Source of the DNA: Lepidodermella squamata
Taxonomy: Eukaryota; Animalia; Gastrotricha
NCBI GenBank assembly: GCA_047495785.1
Contig: JBLDXI010000023.1
Location: 310,001 to 374,000 of the forward strand
Direction of reading: 5' to 3'
Length of the DNA stretch: 64,000 nucleotides
Below the pieces are notes generated by a model. It saw only the letters and a list, made by a program, of their open reading frames with translations. It made no database searches and was not told where the DNA came from. The translations under genes were made by a program, and so were the position numbers. Below are positions 46,684-57,901 of the stretch, in pieces; the stretch's first letter is position 1; each line of letters opens with the position of its first letter.

Positions 46684-49600
46684 AAAATACTTAGCCGAAA
46701 AGTTGTTTCTCGAATATCTTGCTGTAAATCATGCCAGGTAATTTTTGTTAAAAGCACGCTGTTGTTGATTTTTATTATCCGGAAATTTTTGTTGCTCAGA
46801 GCTTTTTTCGGCGCCAGCTTCCGCAAGTGACCTGCGTCAACGAGCGAAATGCGTTCGCCGCCGCCGATGAGCAGTGTAGGCGGTGTCAAAAATCACCCTC
46901 GCGAACTGCTTCTTCAAAACAGCCGCCGGATGAGTCTCAAAATTCAGGTATTAAATTAGCATGATGGTGGGTCAAGTTTTGTCAAAAAATTCTCAAATAC
47001 TCATTTATTGCTTTATTGAAAAGCGAAAATTCTCAACTGATGTCGGTGCTGTTTATTTCGCGCGTTTTGCTGCTGCTGATGATTGCGCATCTAAATTAGA
47101 GGCACATGTCATGTCTGGTCACCGCGCGGTCATGTGGCCTGTTTATTTTGAATCACCCCGCTGTAATTTTGAAACGAACGACGTTCGCAAAAACTAATTT
47201 TAACAAATTTTAAGGAAAGCTCGTGCTGGATAAAAATTTCAAAAAGGTTCGACAGTTGAATTAAAAAAATTGAATTTTAAGGAAAATTAAAAAATATTTT
47301 TTATCATAATTGATTATTTATGAAGTTGATTATCAAAATGGTTAAATTTTCATGAAGTGAAAAAATTATTACTACCATAAGGAAAAATGCGACTAAAAAT
47401 CCGAAGAAATTAGGTAATATGAATACCGGAAATAATTTAATCATTTCGGGTTTTTTCGGGTTTTCTCCGGCGATTTTCATATTTTTTGGACAAATTTTTG
47501 AAAGTTACCAAATTCGATTATTTATTTTTTTTCTTTTTTCAATTAGGAGTGGTCTCACCTGTTGGCGCGATGCGTGACAGCAGCAGCAGTTGCGGTTTAG
47601 TGGAGGCGTACCCGAACTCACCGCCGCCGCTCGCGCCCGTCGTCGATCTTTCAACTACACGGCCGAGAATGAACGGCCAGCCAAACCACCAGTACCAACC
47701 ACCGCCGCCGTTGTCTGTGTCGCATCAGGCTAATAGCAACAACTTACTGTCTTTCGCCATCAGTAATAACATGCAACAACGACACAGCGTATCTACAGCA
47801 GCTACTACTGCTAGCTCGTTGAATATGCCTAATAAAATCACGAGTAGTAGTAGTAGTAGCAATCACAGCCATCAGCCGCCAATCAGCAGCAGCAATTTAC
47901 GAATGCCGCCAGCTAGCCAGCCGCAGCAGGATAGCAGGCATTCGACCACGCCGTCGCCACCTCAAAACATATCAGAGGTAAACAACAATTAAACCGATTA
48001 TTTATATATGGAAAAAGCTATGCAATTTTGTCGATATTAAATTGAAACATAATTTACTAAGAAAATTACCTAAAAAATTCAATATTTTTTGTTAACTGTT
48101 AGATCTCACAGCTATTATGATGTGTTTTTTTACTTCGATCGATATCGATTTTACGAATCGGTGATTTTTTCTTGAATTTTCGAGGCCTACTACATCTGTT
48201 GGGCAAAATGAGCATAGTACGGTTCGTAGAATGTGTCCCAAAAATAGCGCAAACTAATGGCGATACACAGGAAAAGCTGAAATATGAGGCGATGTCATCA
48301 TCTCTTCACACATCTCAGTCAAAACAGAATATCTTGCGCAGCGGAACCAAATTTTAGATGCAAGGAAAAGGTCTCATTCACAATTTCACGCAGAATTCGA
48401 AGATGATTTAATTTAAATTATGGCGATCAAGCATGTTATCCTTAAAAGCTTCGAAAATTGGTTTTAGGCCCATTGAAAAATTCCAAATTTTGGTCCCGCT
48501 TGAAGTAAGACCTATTTCAAAGTCCGTCTGATCATCAGCTAGTTAGAAAAAGCGGAGAAATTGGGTTCAGCCGGGTGAAATACCGAACCAGTAACCATCA
48601 TACCCTTGAAATTATCGCAAAATTAACTAATCGTTCAAGAGAGCAATCACTCGAAAAATATAAATGTAAAAAATTCAGCGCTATGAAGTTTTTTAATATA
48701 ATTTTACTATTTTTTGATAAAAAATTCGATTTTTAAATTGTTTTTTTTCAGTTGATGCTGAGCGTGCTGCGAGACGTGAACGTGGCGCTGTCGACGTGGC
48801 GGCCTAGTTTTGTTGAATTTGTCATACTCAAGGCGATGCTGTACTACCGCAACGGTAAGTCATCACTCGTGTTTGAAATTCTTTAACAGCGCAATAATGT
48901 ACACCTATTCGTTTTTGCGATTTTCTAAAAAGACGGCGCGTTTTACAAGTCGCACGACGCGGGCGTGGTGGCGGCGATGCGCAGCCAGCTGACGCGCACG
49001 CTGCACATCTACCTGAGCCGCGCGCACCGCCAGTGGAGCGCCGAAGACACGACCAAGGCCATGCAGCAGTTCTACGCCGTCTACCAGATGCTCACAACGT
49101 AAATAATTATACCTAATAAACCATTCTGAAAAAAATATTTATGAAAAAATTATAAATTGCTGAAAAATACCAATAATTACTTGCATATGATTTGAAAATT
49201 TTCTAGCTCATTCATTGATTCCAGCTCAAATGTCGATAAAGAACAAAAATTTATGTTTTTCTTGTGTTAAAATTTTAAAAAATTCGAATATTTTCCATTT
49301 ACATCGATTTAAATCGAATTTCAATTTACTGACTCAAAATCATCCCTTAGATCAAATCCCCAAAATTTGAAGATTTTTTTTTTAATTTTTTGAATTTCAA
49401 CCGAGAATTTATTAAAATTCGAAAATTCGGAACCAATGTGGCAAATTATTTTTAATTTAAAAAAATTAATGAGCTTTTTCAGTTTTATCGATAAATTTGA
49501 TGTATTTATCGAAATTGATAATCGAACGCTAAAATTATAAAAGCTTGTTCCGTAAAAAACAAATTAGGGCCTGCTGAAAAATAGTCCTGGTACATATATA

Positions 49601-50164
49601 AACTTGAAATTTTGACTTGATGGTCGTAAATTTTAGATTCGAAAAGTCCTGACCTGAGAATAGTTAGGCAAGATATAAGATGTCGCTAGCTTTCCGAGTT
49701 GGAATCTAACTAAGTTGAACTATTTTTTTGAGATGATTATAACCCGTATAGCACCAGAAGCACCAGCTTTGGTTCTATAATTAGACTGAAGCACGCGATT
49801 TTCCGGGTTGTTTACATGTTTTTGCTAACGTCTTGTTTCTAAAAATAGCGTGTCCAAAATGCGAGGCGAAGAGCTGGAACGAGCCGCACGTGCGCACCCT
49901 GACATTTGCGCCTCGGTCATCGGCCTCATGAACGAGCTGATCGACGACGGCGCCGACAACAATGAAAACAATGACCTACTCGAGCAGCAGCAGCAGGACG
50001 GCAAAAGCAATGGCGGCAAATCAGCGGCAGCATCATCCGGCTCAGGTGCTGCGACGTCTTCAATGCCGCTGGTTCCGAATTTGATCCCGAATTCGATTGA
50101 CGCCACGTCAACTTACAGCAGCAGCAGCAGCGATGGTCGAATCGATGAAGCGAACCGGCCGTGA
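46684..50164 (+). CDS. Divergent nuclear hormone receptor. Exons: 46684-46737, 46800-46947, 47547-47977, 48752-48854, 48933-49098, 49849-50164; 5' exon(s) uncertain
   Basis: The spliced sequence CCKSCQ|SFFRR...TC...CRRCQK resembles a DBD. EFVILKAMLYYRN|DG, LHIYL and LMNELID resemble LBD helices 8-12. All junctions are GT-AG and phase compatible. Confidence 0.72.
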
Positions 50165-51499
50165 TGATTTTCTCTGCTCGTCTCTTGTTATATTTCTACG
50201 CTGTATCTACCGGAAGATGGCTCAAAAAAAGAAATGTGAATTATAGCATTATTATAGTCAAGGTGGCAATTTATTTAGCTTGTACAATTAATATTTTTCT
50301 TCTCTCTCCGTGTGAATAAAATGGGTAATTATCTTTTTTCTAATTACCTCAAACTCATTGCTAAAAATAAATTAGAAAAAACTGCTGTATTTTCGCGGAG
50401 GAAAAAATAATAAAAAAATAAGAATTTCGAGTTGCCGTGTTGTCCTCGTTTTGGTGTATTTTCAGCTCGCCGCCAGGGTGCTAAAAAATATTGATTTCAA
50501 CTGGTTGCGTACACGGTCAGGTGCAAATGAGGCGTGACCTTGTGTGATTTTTGCTTGTTGGTTTTTTTCGCAGTGCGCGCGCGCGCCCGTGTTGCGCGTA
50601 ATTAAGCGCAACAGACGCGGCAAGGGCGCAAAACACACACCCGATTTTTTGACGCGCGGCTCAGTCTTCATTATTTGCCTTTCTTTATTGACAAAGATTA
50701 TTCAGAAATTTAGTTTTTCAGGTTTCGAACCTCGAAACTGAGCTGAAGCATTCGGAAACCGAATTTATTGAAGCTTTCTTTTATATTGTTGAATCCTCTC
50801 AGTTTCGAACCCCTGTGATTTCGCTATCAATCTCAATTTCTTTTGAGATTTAAATCCGAATTTTTATAAATAAAATTAAGTAGAAATGCTCATATTCCGT
50901 TTTCTAAGCGGTTTTTCCTGAATTAACTTGAATATTTTTCCAATTTCCCCCGATATATCGAGGGTTCGTGGGTTTCGGTTTTCCGAATCGTCGATATCGA
51001 AAAAATCACTGATTCATAAAATCGATACTTGAAATCGATAACTGCAATGTAGGCTGAACCAGAGCTTGTGTGAGCAGACGATAGAGCAAAATTCGCGTAA
51101 TAATGATCTCTATCATCTATACTTCATAGACAGTGGCTAATTAAGGGGGTTGGTTTCCAATAAATCAGAGAACAATCGTATTTCGAGGTAAAATTGCAAA
51201 TTAGTTGTTGGATTCTCAAATTCAGAGCGTGCTTTTGGGACAACCATCCGGGGGAAAAAATCGACTCACTAAATATTCTAAATTCGCAGATAATCTGAAA
51301 ATGTGATTAACAGAAAATTTAAAAGATCCAAAAATTACCGAAAATTATTCTAAAATTTATTAGGATTTTCAAGATGAGGTATCAAATTTAAAAAAAATTT
51401 GAAACACGTGGTATATTCAAATTTTTTGCAAAAATACCTGAGAAATCACAAAAAATCCTTAAAATTGTCGAAATTCATAGGCTTTCTCATTGTGAAAAT

Positions 51500-53911
51500 A
51501 TGGGTCGATCTGTTGTTGTGATCAGGACCGTGGTCGTGCTCGTACTGACCGCGAGCAGCCTAGCTATGGACATCGAGTGGCAGCAGCAACAGCCTGGCTA
51601 CCACAGCGCGCAGCTGTTCGCCGCCATCGCCTCGCACTCGGCGTCGAAAAGCAACAACCAGGACTGTTCGGGCCCGGTTGCGTCGAAGACGTGCGAGTGC
51701 ACGGACAACGGCAAGCGGGTGACGTGCCGCGCGACGACCATCTACGCGCTGCAGCACGACATCCCGTGCCCGCAGAATATCGAACACTTGACCCTGATCA
51801 ATGTTCAGTTCAACAGCCGGTGCTTGACGCGGGACAATATGACGAGCCTGCCGAACTTGAGAACGCTGACCATTGCTGGGTCCAATCTGGAAATCGTGTC
51901 ACGTGACGTATTTCGGGCTCAACGTCTGCTACAGGTTGGCATTCTACATTTTAAATCCATTTTTCAATTTTTCAAAAAATTTCCAAAATGTCATCGTTGA
52001 GAAATTCTAAGTAAAATCGGGAATCCGAATTTTACATATTTTTTGAAATATTTAAGATGAAATTTTTAATTTTTAAAATTTGAAATTCAAAAGTTTGAAA
52101 CCTGCAATTTTTAAATTTAAAATATTATAAAAGAAAATACTTGAAAAATACGGCTTACCCTAAACTGTCACCCATTTTCAAACCTTTTGGGTTATTCGGA
52201 CCCTAACCCAAACCGCAACCCTCTTAACCTACCGCTAACCCTGGAACTAATTAACCGGAATTAATAGCTCTAGCCGGGACCCTAATACTAATCCTTACCC
52301 TAGCGATATGGATTTAGTTTGGTTTGGTTTGAGCTTTGGATGCCCTGAAGGATAAGCAACAACTCCAACCCTAACCCTAACCCTAACCCTAACCCTAACC
52401 CTAATCCTAACATTAAAACCCTAGCCCTAACCCTAAAATTAGGTTAATATGTACGAGCAGCCATTACGAACAATTAATTATTAAGGTTGAGTATAAATCT
52501 AGTTCTGGAGCCTCAGAATTAGGGTTGGGGACCAAATTTGAGGGCTTGCATATGGCAGCAAGCATTTGAACACACAATTTTCAAGGTATGAGTGCTAGGA
52601 TCTTTTTGATGTTTTCTATAGTGAACAAAGGAATTTTAATACTTTTCTATTTCCAATCAGGTTATCGATTTGCGTGGGAATCTGCGGTTGTCAACCATCG
52701 ACCCTGATGCGTTCGCTAACCTGCCAAATCTCGCCTGCATCGACCTGAGCAACAACGAACGCCTCGGCAATCTTCCGCCAAGCATTTTCACAAAATCACC
52801 CCGCATCGCCTCACTGAACCTCAGCGCAATCGGCCTGACCGAGCTACCTCAACTACCTGCAAACGGGCAATTGAAAACTTTGGACATCTCCCGCAACCAA
52901 ATCGTGTCGCTCACCGCGGATTTGGTCAACCCATTCTGCCGCCTGGAGGCGTTGTACATTGGCGACAACCCGTGGTGCTGTTCACGGAGTTCACGGTGGC
53001 TCAGTATGTTTCTACGCATCATCGGCGATAAATCAGTGGTGCGTGACCAACCGGTGTGCCAGGGCCCGAATGAGCTCTACGGATGGCCGGTGAAATCAGT
53101 ATCGCCAGACCGTATGGAACGCTACAACCACTGCAAGGGCTACAGTGGTGTTGACGACCAGCGAACTTGCAATGAGGTTAGATTTAGAGCTGATTCGTTT
53201 TACATGAATTTTTTCGCTTTTTGTGTTAGATCTACGTCATGTTCCGAAGTGTGATTCCGCAGCTGCCATCGCAGCCTGAAAGCCGTATTTTGTATGACAA
53301 CCGAGGCAGCACTGGGCAGAGTCGAGGCCATCAACATCACCGTCAGAACGCCCAGGATCAACAAGAGTCGGAGCAAAGTAAGGACGCTACTCCATCTTTA
53401 TGACCAAGAAGGTCCCATAAGTTCCAAAGAGGGCCCCTTTGTAAGCGTGGCTTCCCAGATCCAGATTCTCCCTCGTGACATTTTAGCCTCCGAGATTACA
53501 CTGAGCCGTGATAAATCCCCGAAGAACCATTTTCTTGCCTTTGGAACCACCTAAGACCGTTTGACCGTTGTTGAGAGCGAATTTATCATTACAGGCGCTG
53601 AATTCGAGCGTGGCGAAGATGCTAACCGTGAGCAGCAATCTAACGCTCGCAACAACGGCAAATCAAAGCCATTGACAAGCCAAAACGATCAGCAACGCGT
53701 TTGGCAACGCGCTCAGACTACAGTCGAACCAACAGCCGGCGAATCCCGTATCTGCCTAGCTTCAGTTGGCGGCGACTGCACGACCGGCAACATTGTCGTT
53801 GCGGCTGTCACAGCACTTGCAAGCGCTATTTTCATCCTGGTCACTGTCGTCATTGTTCGATGCGTTCGAAGACGCCGAGTCGAGCGTTTCCGCACTCCAT
53901 CCGTATTTTAG
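51500..53911 (+). CDS. Leucine-rich-repeat type-I membrane protein. Exons: 51500-51934, 52661-53176, 53230-53377, 53595-53911
   Basis: Signal peptide, LRRNT (C..CEC...VTC), LxxLxLxxN repeats and LRRCT (NPWCC...PVCQGP). These are followed by a polar stalk, a TM helix, a basic stop-transfer and C-terminal PSVF. Phases are compatible. Confidence 0.85.
52200..52440. repeat. Interstitial telomere-like (CCCTAA)n tract with degenerate flanks
   Basis: About six perfect AACCCT units at 52367-52405, with degenerate copies on either side. Lies in LRR intron 1. Confidence 0.85.
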
Positions 53912-54074
53912 AGTCGGCTAAACTCAGGAAACGGAGAAACTTGAAAATTGAACTCTCACTGCCTCAGATCACTTATATTTTCTTTTTACATAACGATAAA
54001 TTCTTCGAAAATTCCCATTGAATATTCAATTTTAAATTTAATAAATCATGAATCATAATTACTAGTTTTTCATT

Positions 54075-56363
54075 CTATCGACGTAGAATTGGGTAAAGCC
54101 ATGTCAAAGATTCGAAAAGCGAAGAAATAACAGCCAGAAAACTGATCGCGGTTTGTTGAAGTATAGGATATGGCGTTAAAATTATGGCAATCAAAACACC
54201 AGCCGGCAGCAACGCTGCTCCGATGATTGCCGAAGCGCAAGCCGCCAGAAATTCTCGGCAATACTGCTTAACGCTTCGGATATGTTTCAGTTGAAAGGCT
54301 ATCATTAACGCTGTGGCTAATTGCAGCATTAACACGCCTCCGATTGCTGACAGAAGAGCCAAACCCAAGCCACTTATCGAGCATCGAACGAACCACGTTT
54401 CTTCGACTGTATCTGCGGATTCATCATATATCGGCTTCAGGTTTGACTCATTGCCGCAGTGATTATCAGCCAACAAAATCCAAGCTATCAAAAGTCCTAT
54501 GTTAGGAATTGCGAGTAGGATTGTTGCAAGAACCGTTTGTTTGTCAGAGGTCCTGCGATAGCTACTCGAAAATGCGAACTTTCCCGACTTGTTTGACCTT
54601 CTAGAAGCAGCGCTTGCAGCTCTGAAGGATGGAGAACTCGCGTAAGCAGCTGCATGGACGAATTTCCCCAGTCTAGCTCGAATTACGTATAGACGAGCTG
54701 TGATCAAGCCGCAGATTGAGGTCAGGCCCAGACACAAGAGGGAAAACGAGGCGGCGTCTAGCATAACACTTTTTGCGCTTCTATCAATAGCGAATAGGGC
54801 CGAGGCTGAGTTCAGGAACATACATCCTATTAGGCCTGCCGATTTCAGCTTCCTGTAACTCCAGAATGACGCAGGCCTGTCTGCAGCAATTGCGAGTAGC
54901 CCGACAAATTGTGCCAATGATACTAAGCAAATCAAAGCGCAAGCTGCGATGAAAGCCGGGCGATAAACTTTCAGGAAGTTGATTTCCAGTAACGCCTGAT
55001 CTCTAGGGGGCCTGCCCAATATCCAGCTTACCCTCGCAACTGAATGTAGGTACATGCTCGCGAGATCGAATTCGTCCAAACTTGTGTTCAGACTTTGCAG
55101 AGCTAGGTAGACTCCCTGCAACCCACTCGATTCGTTGAATTGCGTAACGACTTGAATATCCCCGAGTAACTGCCCAGTTTTGCTGTAAGATGTCTTGCCG
55201 ACTCTCAGTCCGTCATATTCGTGGGATAACACAACTTCCCTAGCTACTCTGGCAACGATTTCCGGTTGACCTGAGTAGTTTTTCAGGGAAAGGCCGTAAT
55301 CAGCTTTCAGCCGCCGGTCCGTTTCATTCAGCTTCATAGCGACATTCGTCAACACGTCGTGGAGGAAAAACGAACTTATGGCATCATCCGTGGTATAATT
55401 GCCCACTTTGAAGATATGGTCCGCTAATTCCTCAGGGGTATCCCCTAAATCACTTTTCCGCGTGAAGTTCAGCGGTTTTGCTATGTTTCCAACGTAAAAC
55501 GTCTGCCGAGCCTGATCTCGTAAAATCTCGCCCGGGCAGCCAGGCAATGGAGTCATTGCGAAGGCTGTCAAAGTTGTGATGAAAACGTAACGAGGCCCAT
55601 GAATCCCAGCTTTATACGCCTCGCAGAAGAACTTAGGTACCAATATAGTTGTACTTATCGTCAGCACGATAATCCTGAGCCCAGACTGCTTCAGATACGA
55701 GATGAACTCGGGTGTTACCTCATTCATAGCATTGAAGAATGGAACTTCGATTCCGGCTGAAATGGCCTTGCTGTGGAAGAACAGCGCCTGATCGAAATCG
55801 ATGACATTCGTAGTAGTAGAGATCAGCGCGACTCTTCTCCAAAAGCCTACATTCTTTATGAAGCTCAGCATGGCTAGAGCTGCCGTTTTCGAAGTAGTGA
55901 GCGAAAGGAACAAGTTAGGGTACCGTGTTTTATCGGCTAAAAACGAAGCTCCACAGAACGATGCGATCGCAACTAAGTTAACGTGTTGAAGTAGAGGGCC
56001 GATCGCCTTGCAACTCGTCGAAATCGCCGGTCCAGCCATGATCGGAGCTTTGAAAACATCAGGCGGCAGCGGTGATCTGATGTAGTCGATCAAACGAGGC
56101 GCCGCTTGGATGCCGACAATCTCGTCTCGAAGGTCGAATTCGACGATGTAGTCGCTTAGGAGATCGTCTCTTGCGTTGATTTTTTCGCCCACGTATCGAA
56201 ACATTATCATGCCTCCTTCGACTTGTTTCGGGTCCATCATGTACAGAGGGACCAAATACAGGATTTTCAACTTTGATTTTCTAGTGGAGTTCGACTGGCA
56301 GCAAGACAGGCTGATGCAAAGCGCGAACAATATAACGAGCGTGGCAAATTTGCGAGCGATCAT
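54075..56363 (-). CDS. Class C GPCR, GABA-B-like (Venus flytrap + 7TM), intronless
   Basis: A signal peptide follows Met 56363 (the ORF is open to 56438). VFT motifs: INARDDLLSDY, GPAIS, RYPNLF, FFCEAYKAGIHGPRYVF, GRPPRD. Seven hydrophobic segments and no cysteine-rich domain. Confidence 0.88.
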   Translation of the reverse strand: MIARKFATLVILFALCISLSCCQSNSTRKSKLKILYLVPLYMMDPKQVEGGMIMFRYVGEKINARDDLLSDYIVEFDLRDEIVGIQAAPRLIDYIRSPLPPDVFKAPIMAGPAISTSCKAIGPLLQHVNLVAIASFCGASFLADKTRYPNLFLSLTTSKTAALAMLSFIKNVGFWRRVALISTTTNVIDFDQALFFHSKAISAGIEVPFFNAMNEVTPEFISYLKQSGLRIIVLTISTTILVPKFFCEAYKAGIHGPRYVFITTLTAFAMTPLPGCPGEILRDQARQTFYVGNIAKPLNFTRKSDLGDTPEELADHIFKVGNYTTDDAISSFFLHDVLTNVAMKLNETDRRLKADYGLSLKNYSGQPEIVARVAREVVLSHEYDGLRVGKTSYSKTGQLLGDIQVVTQFNESSGLQGVYLALQSLNTSLDEFDLASMYLHSVARVSWILGRPPRDQALLEINFLKVYRPAFIAACALICLVSLAQFVGLLAIAADRPASFWSYRKLKSAGLIGCMFLNSASALFAIDRSAKSVMLDAASFSLLCLGLTSICGLITARLYVIRARLGKFVHAAAYASSPSFRAASAASRRSNKSGKFAFSSSYRRTSDKQTVLATILLAIPNIGLLIAWILLADNHCGNESNLKPIYDESADTVEETWFVRCSISGLGLALLSAIGGVLMLQLATALMIAFQLKHIRSVKQYCREFLAACASAIIGAALLPAGVLIAIILTPYPILQQTAISFLAVISSLFESLTWLYPILRR

Positions 56364-57039
56364 TTTCAAGATTTTCAAGACTAATGAGTTTATGGCGATA
56401 AGATCTGCGCTTATATGTGAGTGGCACTCTAACTGCATGCGGGGTGCGCGATTGCAAAAACGTAACTAGCCGGAAATTCTGAAGTTCAGACGTCGCTCTG
56501 TTAGCTTGTCGCAGTTTTTTTCCGTAGGCCATCCTGTCTAACCGCAGACAAATGCGCCTGCAGGAATGGGCTCTGCTGCAACCACGTAATCCGGTGAAGA
56601 AACTATTGAACCGGCTATTTCGAACGTAACGCGTGTGGTCATTTTTAGTTCCTGCAATCAAAACATGTTTTTTCCGTTCATTATCGCGTTCTAGATAAAG
56701 TAATCTATGCTGCGGTAAATGAATAAACTCTTATTTTCTTCAATTAATCAGTACTTTCAAAGCGGCGAAATTGCTTCTGGAAAGAAAACTGAAAGTCCTG
56801 TTTCGTTCAAGATATTTTTATAAGGAAAAAGCTATGACAGGGAAATGAACTCCAACTACTGCGTAGCAACATGGTAACGTGCCCATTATTATTGAGTTTT
56901 CAATTGAGTTTTCAACGCGAATCTAAAGTTGCAGCTTCACAAGATTTAGACCACACCCAACGCAAGTTCGGAGATTAATCCTTTTCAGGTCATTTTCAGC
57001 GACGGAGAACGAAGATTAGACAAAAGACCTTTTTTGCTA

Positions 57040-57676
57040 GGCCAATACACTGCCAATTTATCTTTGCCATTCTCGACGAGCCATGCCATCGTCGCAGTCG
57101 CAGCTTTTGGTATTGCAATAACAGAATCCTATTCAGCGGAACAATTATTCAGATATATCAGTGAAATCTGCTTGGCTCTTGCCAGTTTTCCACTTGTTGA
57201 AGCATTCACAGTTGTCCGGCGATCTGCATTGAGCGTCACGAGAACAAACAAGGGAGCCAAAAATTCGATGATAAATTTGACAGTGAACAGTGATAAATTC
57301 GATGTTTTAGACGAAAAAATAAGTTTGAGTTGATACTTACGCCTGTCACAAAACAGGCCAGTCCAACCTCTGTTGCATAAACAGAAGTTGATACCAATGC
57401 AGATTCCCTTCGCACAACCAGGACTGCAATTTTTGTCCTAAGATGGTATGAAATATGAAAAAATGTTTACATTGAGTATAACAGGAAACCCAAAAGCCTT
57501 GAGGTTGTTCAGCCCCTTCAATCCATCACGAACCAGACCATAAATTTACTGTGGTTGGTGGCTGTAACTTACCAAGATTGTAGATCCGTAAATCAGAGAT
57601 AATTGCGTTCCCAATGCTGTCATCTGTAAAGTCTCAGTGATTGTCTCAGTGATGAACTGTCCCAGGTTGAAGTAAT
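57040..57676 (-). pseudogene. Decayed multi-EGF-repeat gene fragment
   Basis: Exon 57437-57341 reads DKNCSPGCAKGICIGINFCLCNRGWTGLFCDR, with AG and GTAAGT borders. A second repeat CSRDAQCRSPDNCECFNKW lies near 57190-57250. The upstream exon 57676-57471 has an in-frame TAA at 57546-57548, and more stops follow downstream. Confidence 0.65.
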
Positions 57677-57901
57677 CTGCTGATTTTATTTAAACATAAT
57701 AAATAATTATGGATTCTCATGCTCAGTAATAGACTACGCGTTTCATCATACATAAGTTGACCCGGAAATTTAAGATTGCACGGATAATACTGCAATGTCG
57801 GTGGCGAAAATTGTCTAACGTGTCCTCAAAGGTGCGTGGAACGCATTCCTGCATTTCTTTTACTTTAAAAGAATTCGCACAATATTTAATTATCATCAGA
57901 A

